64,000 nt of DNA from Candidatus Latescibacterota bacterium (lineage in GTDB: Bacteria > Latescibacterota > UBA2968 > GCA-2709665). Below the pieces are notes generated by a model, which saw only the letters and a program-made list of their open reading frames with translations, had not been told where the DNA came from and ran no database searches. Each line of letters starts with the position of its first letter. Position 1 is the stretch's first letter. The stretch spans positions 288,001-352,000 of the forward strand of contig CBDDDZ010000003.1 of the NCBI GenBank assembly GCA_965226795.1, read 5' to 3'. This document shows positions 50,276 to 60,849 of the stretch, in pieces. Both the position numbers and the translations under genes were made by a program.

Positions 50276-50440
50276 AACAGTCCGTTGATAAAGTCGCTCT
50301 GCAGGCGAGGCCGAGTCATTGTGGCCGAAGACAAGGCGCGCGACCGAGTCGAATCGGGGGATTCGGGGAGCGAGCGCAACGCGGTAAGTCGGCCACAAGG
50401 GCCGGACGCAGCCCGGATGGAGTTTTTTCAACGGGCTGTT
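50276..50440. mobile_element. MITE-like element family C (single copy in window)
   Basis: 17-bp TIRs AACAGTCCGTTGATAAA / TTTTTCAACGGGCTGTT (2 mismatches); internal 10-bp stem TTGTGGCCGA/TCGGCCACAA. Confidence 0.7.
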
Positions 50441-50512
50441 TAGCCTGCCAATAGGATTCCGCCTCCTGGATCCGTTTCAATATGTCTTTCTTTACGCAAG
50501 AAAGAGTAGTCC

Positions 50513-51775
50513 ATGGGACGTCATGTCGATAAATTTCTGCTGATATCCGTCGACTGCCTTCGGTACGATGCGATAAGCCGGGTCAATCACCGGCTGTGTA
50601 CGCCCAAATTCGACCTGTTGACCAGAGATTTCGCGTTCGGAGAGCGGTTTTTTGTGACGGCCCCGGCGACGCGCCCGTCTCACACGTCCATGTTTACAGG
50701 GTTGTACCCGTTTGAGCACGGATTGTGCGGGCAGACGTATCTGAAGATGTTCGCCGGGATTCCGAATCTGTTTCAGCTGTTCTCGGATGCGGGGTTTGAA
50801 ATCCATGGCCGGTCGGAGCGGATGGACGTGTTTCGGTTTCTGGACTATGAACGGTTTATCGGACCCATGGATCCCCGTGCGAAAGAACAGCACCTCGGTT
50901 CAATCGAAGATCTGTTGCATTCGGCGTTCGAAGGAGAGGATCGGCCCCGGTTTTGTTTTTTGCATTTCTGGTATACACATGGCGGGTACGGGGCGAGGGG
51001 GATCCCCGGAACGCCGAATTTGAAAGCGCTGGTGGATGCCGGTAGGGTGGAGGAGGCGCTACGGTTTTATTATGCGGCGGCGACGCACGTGCAGGAATTC
51101 TTACTCGTGGAGATTTTGAAGCGCGTGAAACTGGACGATTGGGCGGTGTTTGTTTTAGGCGATCATGGAGAGGGGTTCTGCGACGAGGTGATGGCGCACG
51201 GAGATTTCCTGCACGAAAATGTGATCCACGTTCCGCTGCTGGTATCCGTTCCCGAACACGATAGACTGAAACTGCCCGACGGGCCCCTCTCGACGATCGA
51301 TCTTTTTCCGACAATCCTGAACCTGGCCGGAATCACGGTAGACTATAAAGGATATGGTCGTGACTTGCTTGCCAACGAGGGTTCTCTTCGCCGCCGCTGG
51401 GTGTATTCGGAACTCGACAATTCCTACGGCTCAGGATTCCTTAATCCGGAAAACCTGGAAGCGGCCCACGAACGGGTGACGTCCCGTGTGGCCATGGATG
51501 GAGTGGAACTGAAGCGGGACGTCGGTGGTTTACACATGTGGTCGGTTACGGACGGACGGGTGTTTTACAGAGAACGGGCGGGCGGCGAGGACTACGTGCT
51601 GCGGAATGTGTTCAGCGGTGCGGACGCGCCGTGCAATGATCCCGGACCGTACAGGGCTTCTCGGAACGAGATCCTGAACGGGTCGAAATACAAACACCTT
51701 CAGGCGCAGGAAACCACCCAGGCCGAGGCGGATCTTTTGGCCGAAAGATTGAGAAGCCTGGGATATATCGAATAA
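50513..51775 (+). CDS. Sulfatase-like hydrolase/transferase (alkaline phosphatase superfamily)
   Basis: ISVDCLRYD, TRPSH at the nucleophile position, GDHGE, HVPL, LRSLGYIE. Confidence 0.88.
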   Translation: MGRHVDKFLLISVDCLRYDAISRVNHRLCTPKFDLLTRDFAFGERFFVTAPATRPSHTSMFTGLYPFEHGLCGQTYLKMFAGIPNLFQLFSDAGFEIHGRSERMDVFRFLDYERFIGPMDPRAKEQHLGSIEDLLHSAFEGEDRPRFCFLHFWYTHGGYGARGIPGTPNLKALVDAGRVEEALRFYYAAATHVQEFLLVEILKRVKLDDWAVFVLGDHGEGFCDEVMAHGDFLHENVIHVPLLVSVPEHDRLKLPDGPLSTIDLFPTILNLAGITVDYKGYGRDLLANEGSLRRRWVYSELDNSYGSGFLNPENLEAAHERVTSRVAMDGVELKRDVGGLHMWSVTDGRVFYRERAGGEDYVLRNVFSGADAPCNDPGPYRASRNEILNGSKYKHLQAQETTQAEADLLAERLRSLGYIE

Positions 51776-51818
51776 AGAAACGGAATTGCGGCCGTTTCTT
51801 TACCATCGCCCGCGCCGT

Positions 51819-52658
51819 TCAGCCGCGAGAGGGCTCGTGCATCTCCTTTCGGGCTGTGGCGGCCAGTTCGGCCAGGTGGCCGTCGTGCGCAAGGCCCTGC
51901 TCGAGGTGGATTCTGCGTTCCGGGCCGGCGGTTGCGACCATGGTCTCACCGTAAAGACGGTCAATCCAGAAGCGGGCATGGCCGGCTATGTAGTTCTTTA
52001 AATCTTCGATTCTGTATTCCGGAAACCGCTGGGAACAGTTGATGGTGAACATGCGTCTTCTGAGGCTGCCGCCGAAGGCGGCGTGTTTGAGGTTGTGGTT
52101 GAATACGGCGATATCTCCGGGTCGGGTTTCCAAGGCGACCCCCGGAAGAAGGTCTTTGCCTTCGATGCCCCAGTTTCGCTCGGATTCCCGGACCTGTTCC
52201 TGTACGGTCTTTGCAAAGCGATCTTCCAGGATATGGCTTCCCGGGATGACACGGAGGCAGCCGGAGTTCCGGGTCAGGGGATCGAGATAGAAGGCGATTT
52301 TGACAAAACGAACGGCCTTGCCCCAGCCGTCGGAATGCCAAACGGTGTCGCCGGCGTAGTAGTTTCCGTCGGAACCGACGTAGTTGTAATCGCGGCCGAG
52401 CAGGTCGATGAGCAGCCCGTTGATGCGGGGATCGTCGAGCAGGGCGCAGAGGCGTACGTGCTGGTCGATAAACGGCACGATACAGGACCGCCGTTCTCCG
52501 TCGTGTGGCTTTCCGTGGTGTCCATTGCCGAGGTTCGTCCAGACCTGCTCGAATGCGCCGATGATGTCTTCGATAACATCGGACATCAGCCCCGGCAGGT
52601 ACAGATACCCGAACGTGCTGAAAAAAGCGAGTTGCTGATGAGTGAGTTGATTCGGCAT
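51819..52658 (-). CDS. PhyH-family dioxygenase
   Basis: WHSD, GCLRVIPGSH, PGD...H triad. Confidence 0.9.
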   Translation of the reverse strand: MPNQLTHQQLAFFSTFGYLYLPGLMSDVIEDIIGAFEQVWTNLGNGHHGKPHDGERRSCIVPFIDQHVRLCALLDDPRINGLLIDLLGRDYNYVGSDGNYYAGDTVWHSDGWGKAVRFVKIAFYLDPLTRNSGCLRVIPGSHILEDRFAKTVQEQVRESERNWGIEGKDLLPGVALETRPGDIAVFNHNLKHAAFGGSLRRRMFTINCSQRFPEYRIEDLKNYIAGHARFWIDRLYGETMVATAGPERRIHLEQGLAHDGHLAELAATARKEMHEPSRG

Positions 52659-52830
52659 ATTGGCACCTCTGTCGGATGATTCGGGTTGGAAAGGGAACCC
52701 TTGCCCATTCCGCTAACGGGCAGCGATGGCCTGGCAATCTTCCTGCAGGCGTTTTTTGGGTGGTTGATTCGTTCGTGCGGTATATTGTACGAATAGTAAT
52801 GTAACAGCCGGGAACACGAAAGGGAAAACC

Positions 52831-52986
52831 AGTGTTCTGTCTCGGAAATAGATTGCCTAAATTCGGCCGCCGAGTCGCCCGGCTGGCAAGACGCCTGAGC
52901 GAGGCGACCTGGGCAAGGTCGGCCCAACGCAGCGAGACGGGACGAATCGGCGGATGAATGGTGACATATTTCTGGGACGGGACACT
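52831..52986. mobile_element. MITE-like element family B, copy 3 (full length, 156 bp)
   Basis: TIRs AGTGTTCTGTCTCGGAAATA / TATTTCTGGGACGGGACACT. Confidence 0.85.
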
Positions 52987-53026
52987 AAGGATGGATGAAT
53001 CTCGACTGATTTGACGGGGAGGCGAT

Positions 53027-54043
53027 ATGTCGGTTCGGTTTGCTTTTGTTGGATTTCGCCATGCGCATATCCATGATCTGTACAAACGGGCAATCGCACG
53101 GGGGGACGTGGAGGTGGTGGCCGCCTGCGAAGCGGATGAGACGGCGCGTGCGGCGGCAGAGGGGGCCGGGGTGAAGGTCACGCATTCGGATCCCGTGCGG
53201 ATGTTGGACGAAGTGGATTGCGACGTGGTGGCAATCGGCGACTATTTCGCGAGGCGTGGTAGTGCGGCGATTCATGCGTTGAACGAGGGAAAGCATGTCA
53301 TCGCGGATAAACCGCTCTGCACAAGTCTGGACGAGGTGGACGAAATCGAAAGAATCGCCGGTGAGCGGGATTTGAGGGTTGGGTGTATGCTGTCGATGAG
53401 GGATCACGGACAGACGATCGGCGCGCGGAACATGATCCAGGAGGGAACGATCGGGGAGGTCCACGCGATTTCATTTGGCGGGCAGCATCCACTGATGCTG
53501 GGGTCGCGGCCGGGTTGGTACTTCGAGGAAGGCAAACACGGAGGGACCATAAACGACCTCGCCATACATGCAATTGACTGCCTTCCGTGGATAACGGGTC
53601 TGCAGTTCGAGACGGTCAACGCCGCCAGGTGCTGGAATGCCTTTGCGCCGGAGTTTCCGCATTTTCGAGACGGCGCGCAGATGATGTTGACAATGGACAA
53701 CGGATGCGGCGTGCTGGGAGACGTGTCGTATTTCATGCCTGAAAAGGCTGGATATTCGCTGCCGTTCTACTGGCGGTACACGTTCTGGGGGCGGGAGGGA
53801 GTACTCGAGGCCGGTACCACGCTGAATACGATTCAGGTTGCCTGGACGGATTCGGAGCGGGTGGAAACGCGTTCGATACCGGAAGATCGGTCCGGGGGAT
53901 ATCTACAGGCATTCTTGAAAGATATCCGGGGCGAGGCCGAAGAGGGTGAACGGTGCACCGAGTCGGTGATTCGAGCCGCAAGAACGGTGCTCAGGATTCA
54001 GAAAGCTGCCGATGAGAGTCGGCACGATGTGGTTCTGCGATAG
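53027..54043 (+). CDS. Gfo/Idh/MocA family oxidoreductase
   Basis: GKHVIADKP, GGTINDLAIH. Confidence 0.9.
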   Translation: MSVRFAFVGFRHAHIHDLYKRAIARGDVEVVAACEADETARAAAEGAGVKVTHSDPVRMLDEVDCDVVAIGDYFARRGSAAIHALNEGKHVIADKPLCTSLDEVDEIERIAGERDLRVGCMLSMRDHGQTIGARNMIQEGTIGEVHAISFGGQHPLMLGSRPGWYFEEGKHGGTINDLAIHAIDCLPWITGLQFETVNAARCWNAFAPEFPHFRDGAQMMLTMDNGCGVLGDVSYFMPEKAGYSLPFYWRYTFWGREGVLEAGTTLNTIQVAWTDSERVETRSIPEDRSGGYLQAFLKDIRGEAEEGERCTESVIRAARTVLRIQKAADESRHDVVLR

Positions 54044-54150
54044 AAGTTTTGCACAACTGCTCTCTTTTGGATATTGACTCTTTCATCGACTTTGTTTAAA
54101 GTTTGAGAGATATGAAATTCTGCGGGTTGCCAGGGGTCAAGGAGTATGTC

Positions 54151-55047
54151 GTGAGGTCCTTAAGGCGAATATTCTGGGTCTGCGGTCTTGTATTGGTTTT
54201 CGGATCGACAGGCCGGGAAGAGGCGTCCGGAAAGGGTGCGGGATTTGTGCTGCTTCGCGAGGGGGTGGGCGCCCGCGCGGAGGCAATGGGCGGGGCCTAT
54301 ACGGCGGTTGTTGGCGATCAGACGGCGGCGTCCTGGAATCCGGCGGCCATCGGTGCGCTGATGGGTAAGGACTTTCTGTTGACCCATCACAGTTCGTTCC
54401 AGGAAATCCAGCAGACCTACGGGGGGTGGGCCTACGGAAATACGCGTGCCGGCGTGGCGCTCAGCCTGGGGATCTATTCGGTGGGAGGAATAGAGACGCG
54501 GACGGGGCCATCCGCACAACCGTCCGGTACGTTCGGCATCTACGAGATCAATGCCGGGTTATCCTATGCGAAGCGGATCAAAAAAGGCTTTTACGGTGGG
54601 ACAACCGTGCGGGCTCTGCACGAAGCCATCGGCCCTGAACGGGCTTCGGGTTTCAGCGTGGATCTCGGGGTGCTCTACCGCTTCAGTGATGAGCGGCTGA
54701 CCGTGGGTGCCAGCTATCGGAACCTGGGACGGATGGAAGTGCTGGATGTTGAGAGGACACCGTTACCGGAGACGTTTCGAGCCGGTATTGCCTGGCAGAC
54801 CAGACGCTTGACGGGTTCTGTCGATCTGAGTGCACCCAGGCACGGCTCCGTGGGAATGCATTCGGGCCTGGAATTCCGATTGAAAGGGCCCCTGTGTCTG
54901 CGGTCCGGTTACCGTTCGGGAAACGATATCCGCGACTGGTCCTTCGGGCTCGGAATTCAGCCCGGCGGCTGGCGGATTGAATATGCCTATGTCCCTGCCG
55001 CATTGGGACTGGCCGGCTCCCATCGGCTCGAATTCGGAATCAGGTGA
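54151..55047 (+). CDS. PorV/PorQ (UPF0164) family outer-membrane beta-barrel
   Basis: GARAEAMGGAYTAV...WNPA; beta-strand C-terminus; GTG 54151 after AGGAG. Confidence 0.8.
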   Translation: MRSLRRIFWVCGLVLVFGSTGREEASGKGAGFVLLREGVGARAEAMGGAYTAVVGDQTAASWNPAAIGALMGKDFLLTHHSSFQEIQQTYGGWAYGNTRAGVALSLGIYSVGGIETRTGPSAQPSGTFGIYEINAGLSYAKRIKKGFYGGTTVRALHEAIGPERASGFSVDLGVLYRFSDERLTVGASYRNLGRMEVLDVERTPLPETFRAGIAWQTRRLTGSVDLSAPRHGSVGMHSGLEFRLKGPLCLRSGYRSGNDIRDWSFGLGIQPGGWRIEYAYVPAALGLAGSHRLEFGIR

Positions 55048-55063
55048 CCCGCGTGGATTCCAC

Positions 55064-56173
55064 ATGCGCTTCGGAGTCGATCGCGCTCTGTACCTGAACA
55101 ACGCAGTGAAAAAGGCGTTTTTGTCCGGAGGCTCCAAATTGGCAGGCGATGCGAACGATGGGGGTTGGCGCGTGGACGATTCGGGAACGTCGATACATCG
55201 CCAGATACACGCGGAGCCCCCGAAAGACCGCATCTGGCTCAACGTGTTGTTGTTCGCCCTGACAGCGTACACAACGACAGCGGCGGGTGTGCAAATGGCG
55301 GTTGCCATGCGTATGGTGGTTTCACCGGAATCCATACCGTCGGACTTCCTTTCGACGGCGCTGCTCTGGAATCCGAAATACCTGATTCTGGGGCTTCCGT
55401 TTTCCGGAACACTGCTTCTGATCCTGGGTATCCACGAGATGGGGCACTATCTCACTTCGCGCCGCTGGATGGTGCGCGCAACTTTGCCTTATTTCATTCC
55501 CTTTCCGTCTATGATTGGTACCCTGGGTGCGGTAATCAAGATCAAGTCCCGCATTCCGAACCGGCGCGCGCTGATGGACATCGGGGCGTCCGGACCGCTT
55601 GCAGGCTTTGTAGTCGCCCTGCTTGCCCTGGTCGTCGGATTGCATCTGTCGGAAATCGTGCCGGTCTCAACGTTCGCCGCAGGCGGGATTTCACTCGGCA
55701 ATTCCATTCTGGGCGGCTGGCTGACGAATCAGATTATCGGAGACCTTCCTGAAGGATTTGCAATTTACGATCATCCGATCTTCGTGGCCGGCTGGCTGGG
55801 TCTCTTTGTGACTGCGCTGAATCTGATGCCGGTGGGACAGTTCGACGGCGGACATATTGTCTATGCCTTCGGAGGAACGCGCGTTCACGCCCTGTTTTCG
55901 AAGGTGGCGCTGGTCGTTCTTGGCGCCTTGTGGGCGCTGGGGCCGCCGTATGACTGGCTCTACGTCCAATATGGGTTTTCGTCCTGGCTCGATACCCGTT
56001 GGCCGGGATGGCTGATCTGGATAATTATCGCGTTGGCGCTGGGGCGCCGGCATTCCCCGCCTGGCGACCCCCATATGGTCCTCGATCCGTTTCGAAAACT
56101 GATGGGATATGTTTCTCTGATTATCTTCCTGCTTTGTTTTGTGCCACGGCCCATCAGTTTTGCGATGCCATGA
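55064..56173 (+). CDS. Site-2 protease (M50) family protein
   Basis: HEMGH, GASGPLAG, NLMPVGQFDGGH; start uncertain (ATG 55064 or GTG 55172). Confidence 0.9.
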   Translation: MRFGVDRALYLNNAVKKAFLSGGSKLAGDANDGGWRVDDSGTSIHRQIHAEPPKDRIWLNVLLFALTAYTTTAAGVQMAVAMRMVVSPESIPSDFLSTALLWNPKYLILGLPFSGTLLLILGIHEMGHYLTSRRWMVRATLPYFIPFPSMIGTLGAVIKIKSRIPNRRALMDIGASGPLAGFVVALLALVVGLHLSEIVPVSTFAAGGISLGNSILGGWLTNQIIGDLPEGFAIYDHPIFVAGWLGLFVTALNLMPVGQFDGGHIVYAFGGTRVHALFSKVALVVLGALWALGPPYDWLYVQYGFSSWLDTRWPGWLIWIIIALALGRRHSPPGDPHMVLDPFRKLMGYVSLIIFLLCFVPRPISFAMP

Positions 56174-56352
56174 AAATTTCAAGGACCCGCTCTATCTCCC
56201 CAGCTTCGGTATAGAGGCTCTACAATTCTCCCCTTGATTGATTCCGTTTACACTTCCTCCACCGGTTAATCAGGAAGTAGACCGGGCGCTGTTTCTCTGT
56301 GCCGCCTTGTTTTCCGGTCAGCCTGACCCATTCCGCCTTTTCTCAGGTTCCT

Positions 56353-57588
56353 ATGGCAAAAACACCCGGAAGGCGCCCCGGCACCGTGGGCGCGCCAAGA
56401 CAGACCAGGCGTTCCACTCGAAAGAAGATGGCCCGCAGGCGCCGCCGAATGTCGTTGCGGCTATGGACCCTGGCATTTGTGCTGGTGTTGGTGGTCGGTC
56501 TGGCCGGATGGATGCGTTGGCGCACGCGGGAAGCCTCTACATACGAACAGGAAATCGCGTTCAATCAACAGGTGCAATGGCGGACGCTTCCGGCGGGTCC
56601 GCTGGCGTTTGCAGATTCCGTGGTATCACAGGCGCCAGAGGTTTTGAAACGGCTCGGAGTCCCGGAAGGAGTCGTGTCAAAGAAGCGGTCGGCGGCGCAG
56701 ACCGATAGTACCGCCCGCTGGGTGATGACCTTCGACGTACCTGGCGGGTTGCCGTTGGCGGTCTGCAACCTGGAACTGACCCGGCTTGCCCGGCGCCTGG
56801 GCGGAGACGTCGTTGAGGCCACGGAGGACCGTAAGGGTTCCAGGCTATCCATGGTCGTGGGCCTGGATGGCGTGCGCACCAATCTCATCACGCTGAAACG
56901 AAACGCCCGACTCGATCGAAAACCGGGCCGAATCGCCATTATAGTGGCGGATTTCGGGTCACAGAACGAAGCATTGATTCGGGGATTCTGCGCGTTGAAA
57001 CAGACGATTACGTTCTCGATCTTTCCGGGTCTCGAAAAAACCGCCTGGATTGCCGAAAAGGCGGCAGCGGCCGGGCACGGAGTAATGGTGTATTTGCCTA
57101 TGGAACCCTTGAACTATCCTCACATTGACCCGGGTCCAAACGCAGTGTTGGTGGAACATCCACCGGAAAAAATCAGGACGTTGATTCGAATGGCGCGTGC
57201 GAACCTGCCTCAGGCCATGGGATTAAACAACCATATGGGATCGCGGTTGACGGAGGACCGGACGGCAATCGGCAGGGTTTTGGAAGAAGTGGATCGCCAT
57301 GGTCTCTTTTTTGTGGATAGCTTCACCAGTCCGCGGTCGATGGCCTATACGGTCGCAGAGGAAATGGGAATGCCGGCCGGCCGGAACTCGATGTTTCTGG
57401 ACCGGAAGGACACACAGGAGTCGGTCGAACGATCCGTGGAAACCCTGGCGGAAATGGCCGGCATTTCAGGAACGGTGCTCGGCATCGCACGCGCAAAACC
57501 AGCCACGCTTGCCGCGCTCGAGCGCGTCCTTCCGGAACTGGAAAAACGCGGAATCGTATTCATCAATGCCAGGGAAGCTGTCAAGTGA
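56353..57588 (+). CDS. Divergent polysaccharide deacetylase (YibQ-like) with N-terminal TM segment
   Basis: LPMEP, NNHMGS, FVDS, FLD motifs. Confidence 0.85.
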   Translation: MAKTPGRRPGTVGAPRQTRRSTRKKMARRRRRMSLRLWTLAFVLVLVVGLAGWMRWRTREASTYEQEIAFNQQVQWRTLPAGPLAFADSVVSQAPEVLKRLGVPEGVVSKKRSAAQTDSTARWVMTFDVPGGLPLAVCNLELTRLARRLGGDVVEATEDRKGSRLSMVVGLDGVRTNLITLKRNARLDRKPGRIAIIVADFGSQNEALIRGFCALKQTITFSIFPGLEKTAWIAEKAAAAGHGVMVYLPMEPLNYPHIDPGPNAVLVEHPPEKIRTLIRMARANLPQAMGLNNHMGSRLTEDRTAIGRVLEEVDRHGLFFVDSFTSPRSMAYTVAEEMGMPAGRNSMFLDRKDTQESVERSVETLAEMAGISGTVLGIARAKPATLAALERVLPELEKRGIVFINAREAVK

Positions 57589-57654
57589 GCGATCGGCAAA
57601 GATTGAATCGACGGGCGCGGCATGCATCTGACCCTGTTCGAAACTCATTACCCG

Positions 57655-57683
57655 TTGACTTGCACCTGAACGCTTGGTATATT
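57655..57683 (+). promoter_or_regulatory. sigma70 promoter upstream of tgt-yajC-fmt
   Basis: TTGACT-N17-TATATT with extended -10 TG. Confidence 0.65.
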
Positions 57684-57836
57684 GGGACTGCTTCTGGGCA
57701 GGTAACCGTCTCCGTCAGTAGAGCATGACCCTATCGCATGCCCGGGCTTCTTCTCATAAAAGACGATTCGGACGCCACGCGGCCCGATAATGGAAACGGA
57801 CGCATCCACTGTCGAACCAGAGAAACAGGGTGCTGA

Positions 57837-59066
<1,230 letters not shown>

Positions 59067-59137
59067 CAGTCCGGAAACTGTAAGTGTAGTGATTCTCCGT
59101 TCAATTTATATCTCTGATTCCTTAAAGGAGGGTTCCT

Positions 59138-59464
59138 TTGTTTGGCGTAAGCGAAGCATTCGCTATGGGCGGCCAGTCGTCCGATGGGTCCCAGACGGGA
59201 TTTCTGATGCAGATTTTCCCGTTGTTATTAATGGTCATCGTCGTTTATTTGTTGATTTTTCGCCCGCAGATCAAAAAGCAGAAGGCGCAGCAGGCGATGA
59301 TCGAAGCACTGAAAAAGGGCGATAGAATCGTGACGTCCGGGGGAGTTCACGGGACGATTGTGGGCGTGAAAGAAGCGGCTGGTATTCTGGTCGTGCAGGT
59401 TGCCAGGGAAGTTCGCCTCGAGGTTTCGAAGGGATCGGTTTCCCGGGTTGTGGAGGAAAAGTGA
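59138..59464 (+). CDS. yajC: Preprotein translocase subunit YajC
   Basis: FRPQIKKQK...LKKGDRIVTSGGVHG; AAGGAG RBS with TTG start. Confidence 0.95.
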   Translation: MFGVSEAFAMGGQSSDGSQTGFLMQIFPLLLMVIVVYLLIFRPQIKKQKAQQAMIEALKKGDRIVTSGGVHGTIVGVKEAAGILVVQVAREVRLEVSKGSVSRVVEEK

Positions 59465-59531
59465 TCAGGGACTGGATCCGGATGGGGCTCGCGGGATGTT
59501 GGCGGAAACGGATCCCCGATTGGAGACGGTC

Positions 59532-60476
59532 GTGAAGCTGGTGTTTATGGGGACGCCCGATTTCGCGGTGCCGTCTTTGGAGCGGCTGGCGGCTCGCGGC
59601 CACGAGATCTCCGCGGTCGTGACCCGGCCGGATCGGCCGCGGGGGCGGGGGCGGAAGCTGGCGCCGCCTCCCGTGAAAATAACCGCCCATCGATTGGGGC
59701 TTCCGGTTATACAACCGCGCTCTCTGAAGGCCCGGGACTTTCTGGAGCGGCTTCGGCGCCTCAACGCGGATCTTTTCGTGGTGGTCGCGTTTTTAATATT
59801 GCCACGGATCTTGTTGAGAATTCCACGGCTCGGCTCGGTAAACCTGCATCCGTCCCTGTTACCGAAGTATCGGGGCGCGGCCCCGATCAACTGGGCGATA
59901 ATCCGGGGAGAAACTGAAACAGGGATAAGCGTATTCCGCCTAACGACGCGGGTGGACGCGGGGGATCTGCTGTTTCAGCAGGCTGAGGGGATAGCGCAGG
60001 ACGAGACGGCCGGAGAGCTTTCCGAGCGCTTGCGGATTTTGGGGGCGGACGCGCTGGCGAACGTCGTTGAACGGCTGGAAAGAGACGAATTGACATCGAA
60101 GCCGCAGCCGGAATCCGGGGTCACCGGGGCGCCCCGGTTGGAGAAAGAGGACGGGCGGATCGACTGGGCACGCAGCGCGGCTTCAATCCGCGATCTGGTT
60201 CGCGGAACCAACCCCTTTCCAGGGTCGTTTACGACCTGGAGAGGTGAATATCTGAAGGTGCATCGGGCGGCGGTCGCCGACGGATCGGGGATACCCGGCG
60301 AGGTGGTCGTGGCAGATGGGAGAAAGGGATGTGTGGTAGCCGCGGGTGAAGGAACGGTCGCACTTGAAGAAGTGCAACCGGCGGGCAAGGGGCGGATGAG
60401 CGGCGCCGAACTGGTGCGCGGGTATCGGATTGAAGCCGGCGAGGTTCTCGGGGATTCCTCACGGTTCCGAGAATAG
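59532..60476 (+). CDS. fmt: Methionyl-tRNA formyltransferase
   Basis: VFMGTPDFA, NLHPSLLPKYRGAAPI; GTG 59532. Confidence 0.96.
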   Translation: MKLVFMGTPDFAVPSLERLAARGHEISAVVTRPDRPRGRGRKLAPPPVKITAHRLGLPVIQPRSLKARDFLERLRRLNADLFVVVAFLILPRILLRIPRLGSVNLHPSLLPKYRGAAPINWAIIRGETETGISVFRLTTRVDAGDLLFQQAEGIAQDETAGELSERLRILGADALANVVERLERDELTSKPQPESGVTGAPRLEKEDGRIDWARSAASIRDLVRGTNPFPGSFTTWRGEYLKVHRAAVADGSGIPGEVVVADGRKGCVVAAGEGTVALEEVQPAGKGRMSGAELVRGYRIEAGEVLGDSSRFRE

Positions 60477-60528
60477 ACAACGTCACATCAATGAGTTGGT
60501 AGACATTCTCGAAGGAGGTGTTGCGTTT

Positions 60529-60800
60529 ATGTTTCCTCTCTTCTGGGACCCTACACTGATTCTTGTGATTCCAGGATTCATCCTGGCGCTGTGGGCGCAG
60601 TTCAAGGTCAAGCGAACTTTCGCCAGATATGACGAATTCGGTTCTCGAAGCGGGTGGATGGCGGACCAGGTTGCCCGCGATATTCTGCGGCGGGGCGGAC
60701 CTACGTGGCGTCGGCGCTGGTGGCGGTGCTTCATCTGTTTAGACTGCTGATCCTTTCCGGCCTTCTGGGCGGAAGCGATGAACGAGAACCCCGCCGTTGA
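60529..60800 (+). pseudogene. YugP-like zinc metallopeptidase remnant with a large internal deletion
   Basis: N-terminus (LWAQFKVKRTFARY...VARDIL) abuts the out-of-frame C-terminus (AAGRTYVASALVAVLHLFRLL); the HExxH core is absent. Confidence 0.8.
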
Positions 60801-60849
60801 ATGGGAACGGTAGCCTCAGCGCCGTGGTTTTTTTATCAGGAGGGAAGCA

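Noticed and set aside
57720..57770. preQ1 riboswitch upstream of tgt
   Set aside because: The hairpin GCATG/CATGC and an ATAAAAG tract are present, but loop consensus and spacing do not fit class I preQ1.
59464..59532. Missing def gene before fmt
   Set aside because: def is often located elsewhere, and no remnant is visible in this short spacer.
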